The notes under the pieces are model-generated. The model did not search any database and was not told where the DNA came from. It saw only the letters and a program-made list of their open reading frames with translations. Shown one piece after another: positions 1 to 8,057 of a stretch of 45,122 bases of DNA. The translations under genes were made by a program, and so were the position numbers. The DNA is from a virus, in the UHGV virus genome UHGV-0415709; one strand, given 5' to 3'. Within the stretch, counting starts at the first letter, position 1. Each line of letters starts with the position of its first letter.

Positions 1-107
1 TTGTCGGTATTAAGGTCAACGCCAGATAATACATGGGGATACCAAATACCAATGCCAGTTGTGGATGATTCATAGTAATTAAAAACTGTCACCGTGGCAT
101 TGTACAT
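1..107 (-). CDS. 5' end of a minus-strand gene running off the left edge (visible N-terminus MYNATVTVFNYYESSTTGIGIWYPHVLSGVDLNTD...)
   Basis: ATG at 107..105 preceded by GGAGGG RBS (plus-strand cccctcc near 113-119); frame open to position 1; truncated so absent from ORF track. Confidence 0.4.
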   Translation of the reverse strand, partial: MYNATVTVFNYYESSTTGIGIWYPHVLSGVDLNTD

Positions 108-122
108 AAGGTATCCCCTCCA

Positions 123-386
123 TTATTTATTCATCTGCTTATACATCTGGTTAACGCCTGTAGCCGCCAGACCAGACATAGCGCCTACCGCTACAGCCGT
201 GATATAGTCACTTGCCGGGAAATCTGGTATAGTTCCCATACCAAGCGCGCCGAGAACACCACCCACTACAGCCATAATAACCGGAATCCATTCGTCCGGT
301 ATCTTCTTTGCCGCCTTACATCCAAGACCAACCACATAGCTCAGAGCCACAATAGCTACACATGTTCCCAATGTTGTGATGTCCAT
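123..386 (-). CDS. small membrane protein, 87 aa, 2-3 predicted TM helices (holin-like topology; function unproven)
   Basis: Hydrophobic Ala/Gly/Val-rich segments (LGTCVAIVALSYVVGLG; IPVIMAVVGGVLGALGMG; AVAVGAMSGLAATG); abuts upstream ORF (386). Confidence 0.35.
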   Translation of the reverse strand: MDITTLGTCVAIVALSYVVGLGCKAAKKIPDEWIPVIMAVVGGVLGALGMGTIPDFPASDYITAVAVGAMSGLAATGVNQMYKQMNK

Positions 387-664
387 TACTCTGATACCTC
401 CTCATAAGTTTTCATAAAAATATCCGGCTTGCATGGATATAATTCTCCATTTACACCACGAATAACATAATCACCGACTGAAACATGGTGAACACCTTCA
501 AGCGTAGAAATATACAGTTCTGGTCCGTAATAATACATCACCGGATTTTCTTTTTCAAATAAATTTGCTGCCCATTCTGGCACATAATATTTTCCGTCAG
601 ACCCTTTCAAGTCTCCATCGTATTGAAATGCTTCGATTACAACCGGTTTTTTTCTGTATTTCAT
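386..664 (-). CDS. conserved phage hypothetical protein (92 aa)
   Basis: Compact ORF tightly coupled to neighbours; MKYRKKPVVIEA...GELYPCKPDIF reads like a small phage protein family I recall but cannot name. Confidence 0.45.
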   Translation of the reverse strand: MKYRKKPVVIEAFQYDGDLKGSDGKYYVPEWAANLFEKENPVMYYYGPELYISTLEGVHHVSVGDYVIRGVNGELYPCKPDIFMKTYEEVSE

Positions 665-683
665 ATAATCCTTTCTACGTACG

Positions 684-1178
684 CTATAATCCTGCGAACA
701 AAAGCGGTGTCCCTTCGTTATCTCTTAATCCCATCAGATACACCTTTGCAGTATCATACAGGAGTTTATTGGTTGCCTGTTCATCCCCTGCCGCAGAGTA
801 TACGGTACTCCAGGCTTTAGCTCCGTTAGCTATTTCAGACGGGGATGCATAGCTGATTGATTCGGAACCGGATGACTTTGACGTGATAACGCCTGTTGTT
901 GCGCCGCCGGTCCCGCTGGTTATACTTCCAGCGGCGGCAGATAGCGCCTGTTTTTCTGCCAGTTCCAAACCATACAGCTTATCAGCTAAGGCACATACGG
1001 CTTTCTTGATTTTGGTTTGCGCTCGTTCATTGTCTGGGAGGCCGTCAACCAATCGTTCAAATGTTATAATGTCAAGAAAGTCGCTTGCCCGTTCTGCCTG
1101 CTTATCAAATGATTGGGAATCCGGTATGGCACTGCCGTAGTATTTTGTTGTGTAAAACTCATAGTCAGCATAGGCCAT
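684..1178 (-). CDS. putative head-tail connector (gp6-like) / head completion protein
   Basis: Position immediately downstream of major capsid gene; acidic N-terminal region with gp6-like pattern (DFLDIITFERL); low-complexity S/G/T C-terminus. Confidence 0.4.
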   Translation of the reverse strand: MAYADYEFYTTKYYGSAIPDSQSFDKQAERASDFLDIITFERLVDGLPDNERAQTKIKKAVCALADKLYGLELAEKQALSAAAGSITSGTGGATTGVITSKSSGSESISYASPSEIANGAKAWSTVYSAAGDEQATNKLLYDTAKVYLMGLRDNEGTPLLFAGL

Positions 1179-1261
1179 GCCGGTTCCTCCTTATCTGCTT
1201 CTTGCTTTCTTGCTCCCTGTCAAATCTTCGCCGTCAGCGTCCAGGGATAGATTACTGGCGG

Positions 1262-2149
1262 CTACGCTCCCCCCGCGCTGATGGTGATAACTGCAATAGC
1301 GTCCAGGTATTCCGCAAACAACGTCATTCCCATAAGTGCATATGATTCACCAACAGCATGTCGATAATCACCGTCTGCATGGAATCCTATCAGATTTGTT
1401 TCTCCATCAACCACATATTCAAGCCCAAGCTGTTCAAAGCCGGAATTGCTTGGGTCAACGTAATATAAAACAATGTTTTCAGCAGGAGTGGCAATTACTT
1501 TTCCTTCCGGGATTTCGCTAGAAAGGATAACTGTCTGTGCTCCCATAAAATTCTGGATATAGTCAATACCAAATGAGGTCTGCACGGATAATTCTGCGGC
1601 GCCTAAATACTTGTATGCATCCAGTGTATTTACGAACACCACAATATTCGTAGATGTCCGGCGCATTTTTTTGAACTTGTCTTTTACCTTTCCTATTGCC
1701 ATTGCAACCGCCATCTGAAAAGTGGTTTCAGTAGACGTAAGTGTTCCGGTCTGTAAAAAAGTATAGAATCGGTCCAAAATGTTTGCCTGTAATTCATTTA
1801 AAAAGGCTTCATCTGTCATTTGGATAGCTGCTTCTGGACCTTTTTCATCCACTGCCTCTATTGACACCGCTTTAGCATATTTCTCCAGTTTAATTTTTGC
1901 ATATGGAACCTCTACAACGCTTGCAAGAGAATATGGAATTTCTTCTCCCTCTCCCACATTTCCACTTTGCAATGTAATTGTTGCCTTTTTTGACTTTAAC
2001 TCTGTTCCGTTTTCCTTTTTTATTGGCCTCATGATTCCAAGAATTTCTCCGAGAGAATTCCAGTTAAGTCCAAAGCGTGTTACAAAATCTATCGCGCGTG
2101 CAGTAACTGCTATATTGGCTGATTTTGTAAGGTTTTCTTTTGCTGCCAT
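1262..2149 (-). CDS. major capsid protein (HK97-fold type)
   Basis: 295 aa, directly follows scaffolding gene (2153..2773); size, order and composition typical of siphovirus MCP. Confidence 0.65.
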   Translation of the reverse strand: MAAKENLTKSANIAVTARAIDFVTRFGLNWNSLGEILGIMRPIKKENGTELKSKKATITLQSGNVGEGEEIPYSLASVVEVPYAKIKLEKYAKAVSIEAVDEKGPEAAIQMTDEAFLNELQANILDRFYTFLQTGTLTSTETTFQMAVAMAIGKVKDKFKKMRRTSTNIVVFVNTLDAYKYLGAAELSVQTSFGIDYIQNFMGAQTVILSSEIPEGKVIATPAENIVLYYVDPSNSGFEQLGLEYVVDGETNLIGFHADGDYRHAVGESYALMGMTLFAEYLDAIAVITISAGGA

Positions 2150-2152
2150 TAA

Positions 2153-2773
2153 TTATTCTCCTTTTTCAAATAGGCTTAAGTTCTGGGCAATAGCTGCCTG
2201 TCTTTCGCCAGGGTCTTTAATTTTCATGATTTCTGCTTTTGACATAGCTCCATTTCCACTATTTGCTTTAATCGGTGCGGTGAACCTCGCCATGTTCTGC
2301 TGTACCTGCTGCTGTGCATCATCAACAAAAGCCGAAGCATCTTTTTCTTTCATTTGAGACAAAAGGTCATTCAGCCCCAGAATTTTACCATCTTTCAGCT
2401 TTAAACCGGCCTCTTTTACTTCTGCCATAATTGCCCGCTTTGCTGCCTCACTGGAAAATTTAATCCCTTCAAATTCTGTCTTAAGCGCATCCGCAAAATC
2501 ACGTTCATAAAGCTGTGCCTGTGCATTCTTTTCTGCTTCTGTAGCTTTCTGTTTCCAGTCAGATATTTCCCTTTGCATCGTCTCCAGGTCAACCCCTTCA
2601 AAGCCTTTCAGCGTTGTTTCTGCTGCTTCTGCTTTTTCTTTCCAGGTATCCCGGTCTGCGCTCAGATTGTCGTTTTCTTTCTGCAACTTTTTGAGGTCTT
2701 TCCCATTTTCAGCCATGACAAAAGATATCTGTTCCTCTGTCAATCCCTGTGCTTTTAATTCTTCGGTTTTCAT
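2153..2773 (-). CDS. head scaffolding protein
   Basis: 206 aa highly charged alpha-helical/coiled-coil protein (EELKAQGLTEEQ..., KEKAEAAETTLKG...) immediately upstream of capsid gene. Confidence 0.7.
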   Translation of the reverse strand: MKTEELKAQGLTEEQISFVMAENGKDLKKLQKENDNLSADRDTWKEKAEAAETTLKGFEGVDLETMQREISDWKQKATEAEKNAQAQLYERDFADALKTEFEGIKFSSEAAKRAIMAEVKEAGLKLKDGKILGLNDLLSQMKEKDASAFVDDAQQQVQQNMARFTAPIKANSGNGAMSKAEIMKIKDPGERQAAIAQNLSLFEKGE

Positions 2774-2961
2774 TGATGATTCTCCTTTTCCGTTATTAGG
2801 TTATTTGTAGGTGTGTAACCGTCCACCAACGGTTGCCATTTTGTAGGACTTGACTTGTCCAAAAACGCACATGCCGGAAATTGCATCCGCTTTTCAACCT
2901 CCAGGCTGTTCACGCTATGCGCTAGAACCTGTTTCTTTTAAGGACATGTGCTATAGGAGGG

Positions 2962-3030
2962 AGGTCAATATAAAGAAAGAGCCAAACAAACTCTTGCATC
3001 TGTTTGGCTCTGCGTCTGGCGTCTGGCTCT
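2962..3030 (-). terminator. rho-independent terminator (minus strand) with conserved AGAGCC...GGCTCT / GCGTCT-GCGTCT motif
   Basis: 11-bp stem agagccaaaca(2978-2988)/tgtttggctct(3001-3011) with 12-nt loop; on minus strand followed by UCUUUCUUUAUAUU; downstream of ORF 3035..3220; same flank motif recurs at 43731-43771. Confidence 0.5.
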
Positions 3031-3034
3031 AAAG

Positions 3035-3220
3035 TTATGTTGCAGGTGATAAACCACTTTTATCTAAATCACTTGCTTTACCTTTTGCAATATTCATTAT
3101 GGATGTATTCTTGCATACAGGGCAAAATACGGGAAGGTTTTTCGCAACCGTATCTGGTCGTATTTTAGTCCGAGTTTTATTGTTACATATAGGGCAGTAC
3201 ACCCAACCGTCTTTTACCAT
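3035..3220 (-). CDS. zinc-ribbon mini-protein (CPIC...CPVC)
   Basis: 61 aa, two CxxC pairs; followed by terminator hairpin. Confidence 0.4.
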   Translation of the reverse strand: MVKDGWVYCPICNNKTRTKIRPDTVAKNLPVFCPVCKNTSIMNIAKGKASDLDKSGLSPAT

Positions 3221-3301
3221 GTTTTCACCCTTTCTGCTTATTCCTACTCCTATTTTACCTTATTCAAAAAAAATAATCGTCCCCACATTTTAAATATACT
3301 A

Positions 3302-3330
3302 TTGACTTTACGCCCTTTTGGGCGTATAAT
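3302..3330 (+). promoter_or_regulatory. sigma-A type promoter (TTGACT-17 nt-TATAAT) with embedded palindromic operator ACGCCCTTTTGGGCGT
   Basis: -35 ttgact 3302-3307, -10 tataat 3325-3330, 17-nt spacer; perfect palindrome 3310-3325 inside spacer; followed by RBS aaggaaaggtgg and ATG 3363. Confidence 0.6.
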
Positions 3331-3362
3331 ATAATCAGAGATAAGGAAAGGTGGTTAAAACA

Positions 3363-3692
3363 ATGACAGTAGCCGAGTTAAAAGAAATGATAGATACCAA
3401 TGATTGGGATATTAAATATAGTAGGTTTGGAATCCGCATTCAGGAACAGCCCTTTAAACTCGGCGCTATGGACCACAATTCAAAGGTGTGGCTTGACGAA
3501 GAGGAAACAGATGAAGAGCTGAACGGTGTATGCGCCATTGATTTAAACGCTCCAGAAGCCGCCGAATCTCTTAAGGGTAACGGATATTTTGGTTCCTACA
3601 TTGCTCTGATTGCAGGCTATAACTATGAGTACGGTTTTGATGCGGGGGAAGTTATTTTAAAAGATGCGGAAGTGCTGTATATCATAAAATAA
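3363..3692 (+). CDS. hypothetical protein (110 aa), first gene of plus-strand unit
   Basis: ORF track starts at GTG 3351; ATG 3363 (MTVAELKEMID...) has better-spaced RBS; acidic protein. Confidence 0.45.
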   Translation: MTVAELKEMIDTNDWDIKYSRFGIRIQEQPFKLGAMDHNSKVWLDEEETDEELNGVCAIDLNAPEAAESLKGNGYFGSYIALIAGYNYEYGFDAGEVILKDAEVLYIIK

Positions 3693-3982
3693 TGGAGGAA
3701 ATCATGAGAAGATACCCAGATTGTATTAGGACAGATGGACTTTGTGGGGCCTGCTCCGCATCCAGTTACGGCAGGGATTGCCATAACAATAATATCAACA
3801 AACTATTGTATCAACGTTCTTTGGCCGGAATGACCCAGCAGCAAGTAGCTAACGCCGCAGGAATGAATATCCGTCAGATACAGAAATTTGAATCTGGAGA
3901 AAGGGACCTTGGCAACATGACCCTGCGTAATGCCTTGTCATTGGCAAAAGCCCTTGACTGTGAGGTGGATGATTTAATATAG
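3692..3982 (+). CDS. XRE-family HTH regulator with Cys-rich N-terminus
   Basis: C-terminal HTH (QQVANAAGMNIRQIQKFESGERDLGNMTLRNALSLAKAL); N-terminal CxxxxxxCGAC...C cluster; overlaps previous stop (ATGA). Confidence 0.55.
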   Translation: MEEIMRRYPDCIRTDGLCGACSASSYGRDCHNNNINKLLYQRSLAGMTQQQVANAAGMNIRQIQKFESGERDLGNMTLRNALSLAKALDCEVDDLI

Positions 3983-3990
3983 GAGATAGT

Positions 3991-4473
3991 ATGGCACCAA
4001 AAAAAGATATATCGGGACAAACATATGGATATCTTAAGGCAATTAGGTGTACCGGAGATAAGAAGAACGGAAGCTATTTGTGGGAATTTGAATGCATCCT
4101 ATGCGGGAAGCATATTATAAGGCGTATTGGTCTGGTCACTGGTGGAGAAATTATTTCATGCGGTTGCTATAAAGCCAGGAATCTTAAAAACAGGCCATTG
4201 CCTGATAAGGTCGGTCAAGTTTTGGGAACAAACATATCCCGCATTACCTCTAAAAAGCCCCAGTCAAATACATCGTCTGGGCATAGAGGAGTATCTTTGC
4301 ATCGCCAGAAAGGTAAATCAGATACTTGGATTGCTTACATATACTTTCAAGGAAAACGCTTTTATCTTGGGAGCTTTGCAGACAAACAAGAGGCTATTAA
4401 AGCGCGTGAAACTGCCGAAAATCAGATATTTGGAGATTTTTTAAAATGGTACAATGAGCGAAAAAGCAATTAG
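3991..4473 (+). CDS. AP2-domain DNA-binding protein with N-terminal zinc cluster
   Basis: SGHRGVSLHRQKGK...WIAYIYFQGKRFYLGSFADKQEAIKARETAE matches AP2/ERF-type domain seen in phage HNH-associated proteins; N-terminal C..C.C..CGC cysteines. Confidence 0.55.
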   Translation: MAPKKDISGQTYGYLKAIRCTGDKKNGSYLWEFECILCGKHIIRRIGLVTGGEIISCGCYKARNLKNRPLPDKVGQVLGTNISRITSKKPQSNTSSGHRGVSLHRQKGKSDTWIAYIYFQGKRFYLGSFADKQEAIKARETAENQIFGDFLKWYNERKSN

Positions 4474-4529
4474 TGATTTCGTTTATAATACAATTAAAAG
4501 GCGGCAGGACTTTTCCCACCGCCAATTTA

Positions 4530-5069
4530 TTACATCATATTACGAAGCTTTTCAATATACCTTTTCATGGTTTCTCTTTCTTCCCGGCAGTCGGCATCTT
4601 TGGACATTTCGCCTAATTCTTCTGTCAGTTCGTCCATATGCTCTTCCAGGGCTGCAAGCATACGGCGCTTGCAATCTTCATCTTTTCCACCACTTCTGTA
4701 GCTCTGCTTCTGATTCATGTAGTCATCATAGGCCGGTCCAGTGGCGCGACTGTAGTGTCCTCTGACATAATGTTTCCCGCGTGTGCCGCGATAAGAACTG
4801 TCACTATCATAGTCCTGCGACATTCCATCAGCACGGCTATAACGTCCCATGCTGTCGCGCTTGCGACGCGCTTCGCTGTATTCTCCGCCGTCCATTTCGT
4901 CCATTACCTGATTGTAGTACTCTTCTTTGCACTTCCAGTACTCCACATTCTCCATGTCTTTCCACATGTCTATCAGTTTGTATGCGGTTTCAAGGTTGCT
5001 AGTGTTCAGGCCCTTTTCCGCAATCTTATCCAGCTCTTCGTGGATATTCTGCATCATCTTATAACTCAT
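4530..5069 (-). CDS. hypothetical highly charged protein (179 aa; Y/R/S/D-rich centre)
   Basis: ORF with low-complexity charged core (SYRGTRGKHYVRGHYSRATG...); part of accessory island. Confidence 0.4.
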   Translation of the reverse strand: MSYKMMQNIHEELDKIAEKGLNTSNLETAYKLIDMWKDMENVEYWKCKEEYYNQVMDEMDGGEYSEARRKRDSMGRYSRADGMSQDYDSDSSYRGTRGKHYVRGHYSRATGPAYDDYMNQKQSYRSGGKDEDCKRRMLAALEEHMDELTEELGEMSKDADCREERETMKRYIEKLRNMM

Positions 5070-5081
5070 AGCCTTACCCCC

Positions 5082-5513
5082 TTAACCTATTCTGCTAACA
5101 ACAAGGTTAGCGTCTGATACTGTCGCCGCTGTGGCTCCAACGTTTTTTACCGATAAGGTAGCGCAACATGGTTTGCACACCCTTACTTCTACAGTTGCTG
5201 CTCCATTGATTGTTGCGCCAGCGGCAACTGTGTTCTGGATTCTTGCACCGGGAATTCCTTCGCCGTCCTGCTGCACTTCAAAAATAACGTCACCTGCTGC
5301 GGCTGCGGAAAAGTTTCCGTTAAAGCCTACACGGTACAGGCCAGGAAGTAAAACCACTCTCCCAGAAAGTGGCTCGTGCCTTATATTTGGGCAATTACAG
5401 GAATATACCCGGTTTGCTGCAAACAGTACACTTCCATTGACTTCAACAGTCTGTGTGCCAGCAGTTACAAAATCTGCCATAATAAAATCCTCCTTATATG
5501 CACAGAAGGGCAA
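5082..5513 (-). CDS. protein with BclA-C-terminal-like (C1q/TNF-like jelly-roll) pattern
   Basis: Alternating hydrophobic beta-strand pattern (GLYRVGFNGNFSAAAAGDVIFEVQQDG...ATINGAATVEVRV...TLSVKNVG...LVVSRIG) resembles exosporium BclA C-terminal domains; probable start MADFVTAG internal to track ORF. Confidence 0.3.
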   Translation of the reverse strand: MPFCAYKEDFIMADFVTAGTQTVEVNGSVLFAANRVYSCNCPNIRHEPLSGRVVLLPGLYRVGFNGNFSAAAAGDVIFEVQQDGEGIPGARIQNTVAAGATINGAATVEVRVCKPCCATLSVKNVGATAATVSDANLVVSRIG

Positions 5514-5546
5514 GCCTGTGCCTACCCCTCCATGTGTGTAATACTA

Positions 5547-5783
5547 CTATTCAGTAGACATGTCCTTTTCGGACAAGATACGCAATATACGGTTGTTTTG
5601 GTCGATAATCTTCTCCATGTATTCTTTATTTTGCTGTTGCAACGCCTCTAATATATCATTATTAGAAACGTCACCAACGAGTAAAAGCAAATCTATCATT
5701 TGCAATGCAGTTGCATACAAAGCAAGATTATCATAAAACTGCTCGTTTCGATTTAGCATCCGCATCCAGTATTGCATCCACAA
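5547..5783 (-). CDS. hypothetical protein (78 aa)
   Basis: ORF only; overlaps next gene by ~30 nt. Confidence 0.3.
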   Translation of the reverse strand: MWMQYWMRMLNRNEQFYDNLALYATALQMIDLLLLVGDVSNNDILEALQQQNKEYMEKIIDQNNRILRILSEKDMSTE

Positions 5784-6463
5784 CCACAGTTAGAGGCATA
5801 TGGATATGGTGCCGGAACCGTATAAGCCGGTACAGGCTGCGGCTGACGAAGCTGTGCAACGATGGTGTTACCAACTGCATCAATAAAGCCGTTCTGGGCA
5901 GTCTGGCTTGCCTGGAACCTAAGAGTCTGATTTTCTGCCTGGAGACTGGAAATCTTGTCCTGGGTTAAGAAGTCAAGGATAGCCCTGGTGTTGCTGTTGT
6001 TGTTATCCAGTAAATCCCTTGTGGCGTTCTGGATTGTATTTCTGGTATCACATGACTGTGTTGCCAGATTGTAGTTTACGCCGTCAATTGCGCGCTGTGT
6101 CTGGCAGCAGCAATCCTGGAGCTGATAGCCCATCTGGCATAAGCTGCGGTCAACACCGTTGAATCCGCTGGTGATAGTGTTGTTCAGCGCGTATGTGCTG
6201 TCACAGATACCCTGCTGGATACCCCTAATTCCGTTTTCTATACCGTTCAAAGCAAAGCCCTCATTGATATCTGCTCTGGTAGCAAGACCCTGGAGTCCCG
6301 CGCCATTTGCACCGTTTCCGCCGAAGCCATTGCCCCAGCCTCCCCCGGCGAACAGGAAGAGAACGATAATCCAAATCCAATCTCCCCACATACCGTCACC
6401 ATTTCTGTTATTTCCGTTTCCTGTAGCGGCTGCAATGTCCGCTAAAGAGTAACCACTTTCCAT
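5753..6463 (-). CDS. membrane-anchored Gly-rich / Cys-cluster protein
   Basis: One N-terminal TM (WIWIIVLFLFAGGGW), glycine-rich GNG repeats, CCC triplet and C-terminal CGCGCNTGCGC. Confidence 0.45.
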   Translation of the reverse strand: MESGYSLADIAAATGNGNNRNGDGMWGDWIWIIVLFLFAGGGWGNGFGGNGANGAGLQGLATRADINEGFALNGIENGIRGIQQGICDSTYALNNTITSGFNGVDRSLCQMGYQLQDCCCQTQRAIDGVNYNLATQSCDTRNTIQNATRDLLDNNNSNTRAILDFLTQDKISSLQAENQTLRFQASQTAQNGFIDAVGNTIVAQLRQPQPVPAYTVPAPYPYASNCGCGCNTGCGC

Positions 6464-6516
6464 AAATATTTACTCCTTTAAATTTATTTACAAAATCATG
6501 CGCATTGATTTATGTA

Positions 6517-6765
6517 CTATTTTTTCATGCCTCCAAGCATCTGCTGAAACTGCTGGGCCATCTGCTGGGCTTGGTCTAACTGCTGCTGGGTAATCTGCCC
6601 GGACTGTAGCATCTTCTGCACTTCTTCCTGGGGATTCCCCTTGAAGTTGTTCTTAAATTCCATAAACTTCTGAATCATCTGCATTGGGTTGTTTCCCCCA
6701 CCCATTCCAGGCATCATGCCGCCCATTGGTGAGCCGCCGCCCAACATGCTAAATAATGGATTCAT
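6517..6765 (-). CDS. Met/Gly/Gln-rich low-complexity protein (82 aa)
   Basis: MLGGGSPMGGMMPGMGGGNNPMQMIQ...QQLDQAQQMAQQFQQMLGG. Confidence 0.4.
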   Translation of the reverse strand: MNPLFSMLGGGSPMGGMMPGMGGGNNPMQMIQKFMEFKNNFKGNPQEEVQKMLQSGQITQQQLDQAQQMAQQFQQMLGGMKK

Positions 6766-6768
6766 ATA

Positions 6769-7239
6769 TTATTTCCCCTTTCCGCTTGGCGCTGTGCTGG
6801 ATTCTAAAAGGCCATATAATTCATCATATTTTGCCTTTAAATCCTGATACTCGTTTCTTGTAACATATTTTTCATCCAGATTTTCAGCCGGTGCAGATTC
6901 CTTTTTCTGACCATTTACAATCTCTTTATATTCAAAAGTGCGGAGTGTTGGCATCCCTGCCGCATCGGTTGTCTTAATATAAAAATACTCATTTTCGCTG
7001 TCCATCAGCAATATAGATGTGCTGGGCGCTACTAAATACGACTTTGCCCCGGCCTCACCCTGCACCCATAATATTCCCTGATTGGTCTGCGGGACCTGTG
7101 GTACCTGCGTCTGTTGAGGCATCTGGTATGGTGCCTGTAACTGCTGCAATCGGTCCATAGGTGGTTGCATCTGCGGTTGATATGGGTATGCGTTTGGATA
7201 TGTATTCAGATAGTTTGGATTGATAAATGGTTGCGGCAT
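6769..7239 (-). CDS. protein with Pro/Gln/Tyr-rich N-terminal tail and folded C-terminal domain (156 aa)
   Basis: MPQPFINPNYLNTYPNAYPYQPQMQPP...QMPQQTQVPQVPQTNQ then a globular region. Confidence 0.45.
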   Translation of the reverse strand: MPQPFINPNYLNTYPNAYPYQPQMQPPMDRLQQLQAPYQMPQQTQVPQVPQTNQGILWVQGEAGAKSYLVAPSTSILLMDSENEYFYIKTTDAAGMPTLRTFEYKEIVNGQKKESAPAENLDEKYVTRNEYQDLKAKYDELYGLLESSTAPSGKGK

Positions 7240-7346
7240 TATATCCCCTCCGTTCTTTTATAATCCAATTATCCCATAAAAAATAAGCCTCTGACAGTTC
7301 GTCAAAGACTTATAAAAGTATCACGAAAGTATTCTAATATCCAAAA

Positions 7347-7532
7347 TCATCCAAACAATTCGGTTAAGCATTTTATACACATATCTTTTAATGCTTGCTG
7401 TGAAATAGCAACTTGGTCATTGTCTGATAATTTTATTTCAAATCCATTCCATTTTACAGACACCCAATTCCCCTGCGTGGGTGTTCTTCCACAATTTATA
7501 ATTAACTCACTTTTATCTGCAAACTGTTTCAA
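7347..7532 (-). CDS. hypothetical protein (61 aa)
   Basis: ORF only. Confidence 0.3.
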   Translation of the reverse strand: MKQFADKSELIINCGRTPTQGNWVSVKWNGFEIKLSDNDQVAISQQALKDMCIKCLTELFG

Positions 7533-7548
7533 ATTGTTTTCTCCCTTA

Positions 7549-7749
7549 TTAACACACCCTTATGATTTTGTTGTTTACTTTTCTGCTTAATCTCTTGACT
7601 GTGGATACACTTACGTTCATCAGTTCAGCGCAATATTCTAAAGGATAATTTTTAGCCCGGTACTCAAACAGCGCCCGCTCTTCATCTGTAAAGTTGCAAT
7701 ATGTACGAAAATAATTTAGTTCTGGCACTGTAAAGTCATATACTTTCAA
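7549..7749 (-). CDS. sigma-70 region-4-like HTH mini-regulator (66 aa)
   Basis: FTDEERALFEYRAKNYPLEYCAELMNVSVSTVKRLSRKVNNKI fits sigma region 4 / ArpU- or SpoIIID-like HTH pattern. Confidence 0.5.
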   Translation of the reverse strand: MKVYDFTVPELNYFRTYCNFTDEERALFEYRAKNYPLEYCAELMNVSVSTVKRLSRKVNNKIIRVC

Positions 7750-7760
7750 AGCAACGCTCC

Positions 7761-8054
7761 TTAAATACCTTCTGACAAATGCTTTATCATAGCTTCTTTG
7801 GTTTTTTTTAAACCCTCTATGTTGTTACCAGTTATACGATTATCAATTAATGCTATCATTCCTTGGCATAAAAGAGATTGCATATCTCTTATTTCTTGGA
7901 TAGATTTATAATCCTTTTCCACATTTATTTCTAATTTATCCACTCGGTTTTTTAGCTTAAATGCTGGATGCAACAATTTGTATATTACGGCTCCTGCTCC
8001 TCCAAGAGTAATAAGCCAACCGCATACAACCATAATAGAGTTTAATGTTTTCAT
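7761..8054 (-). CDS. membrane-anchored coiled-coil protein (97 aa)
   Basis: N-terminal TM (IMVVCGWLITLGGAGAVIY) followed by charged helical region. Confidence 0.4.
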   Translation of the reverse strand: MKTLNSIMVVCGWLITLGGAGAVIYKLLHPAFKLKNRVDKLEINVEKDYKSIQEIRDMQSLLCQGMIALIDNRITGNNIEGLKKTKEAMIKHLSEGI

Positions 8055-8057
8055 AAG

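Noticed and set aside
123-386. Confident holin annotation for the 87-aa membrane protein
   Set aside because: Topology is holin-like, but it sits after the connector gene far from the endolysin and has no charged C-terminal tail typical of many holins; kept as generic small membrane protein.
565-1140. Plus-strand ORFs 565..852, 623..820, 883..1140 (and similar 1085..1345, 1779..2357, 22057..22854, 37813..38487, 39372..40280, 40470..41339)
   Set aside because: Lie entirely antisense within well-supported minus-strand genes, have odd composition (Ser/Leu/Pro/Cys-rich) and no RBS; treated as shadow ORFs.
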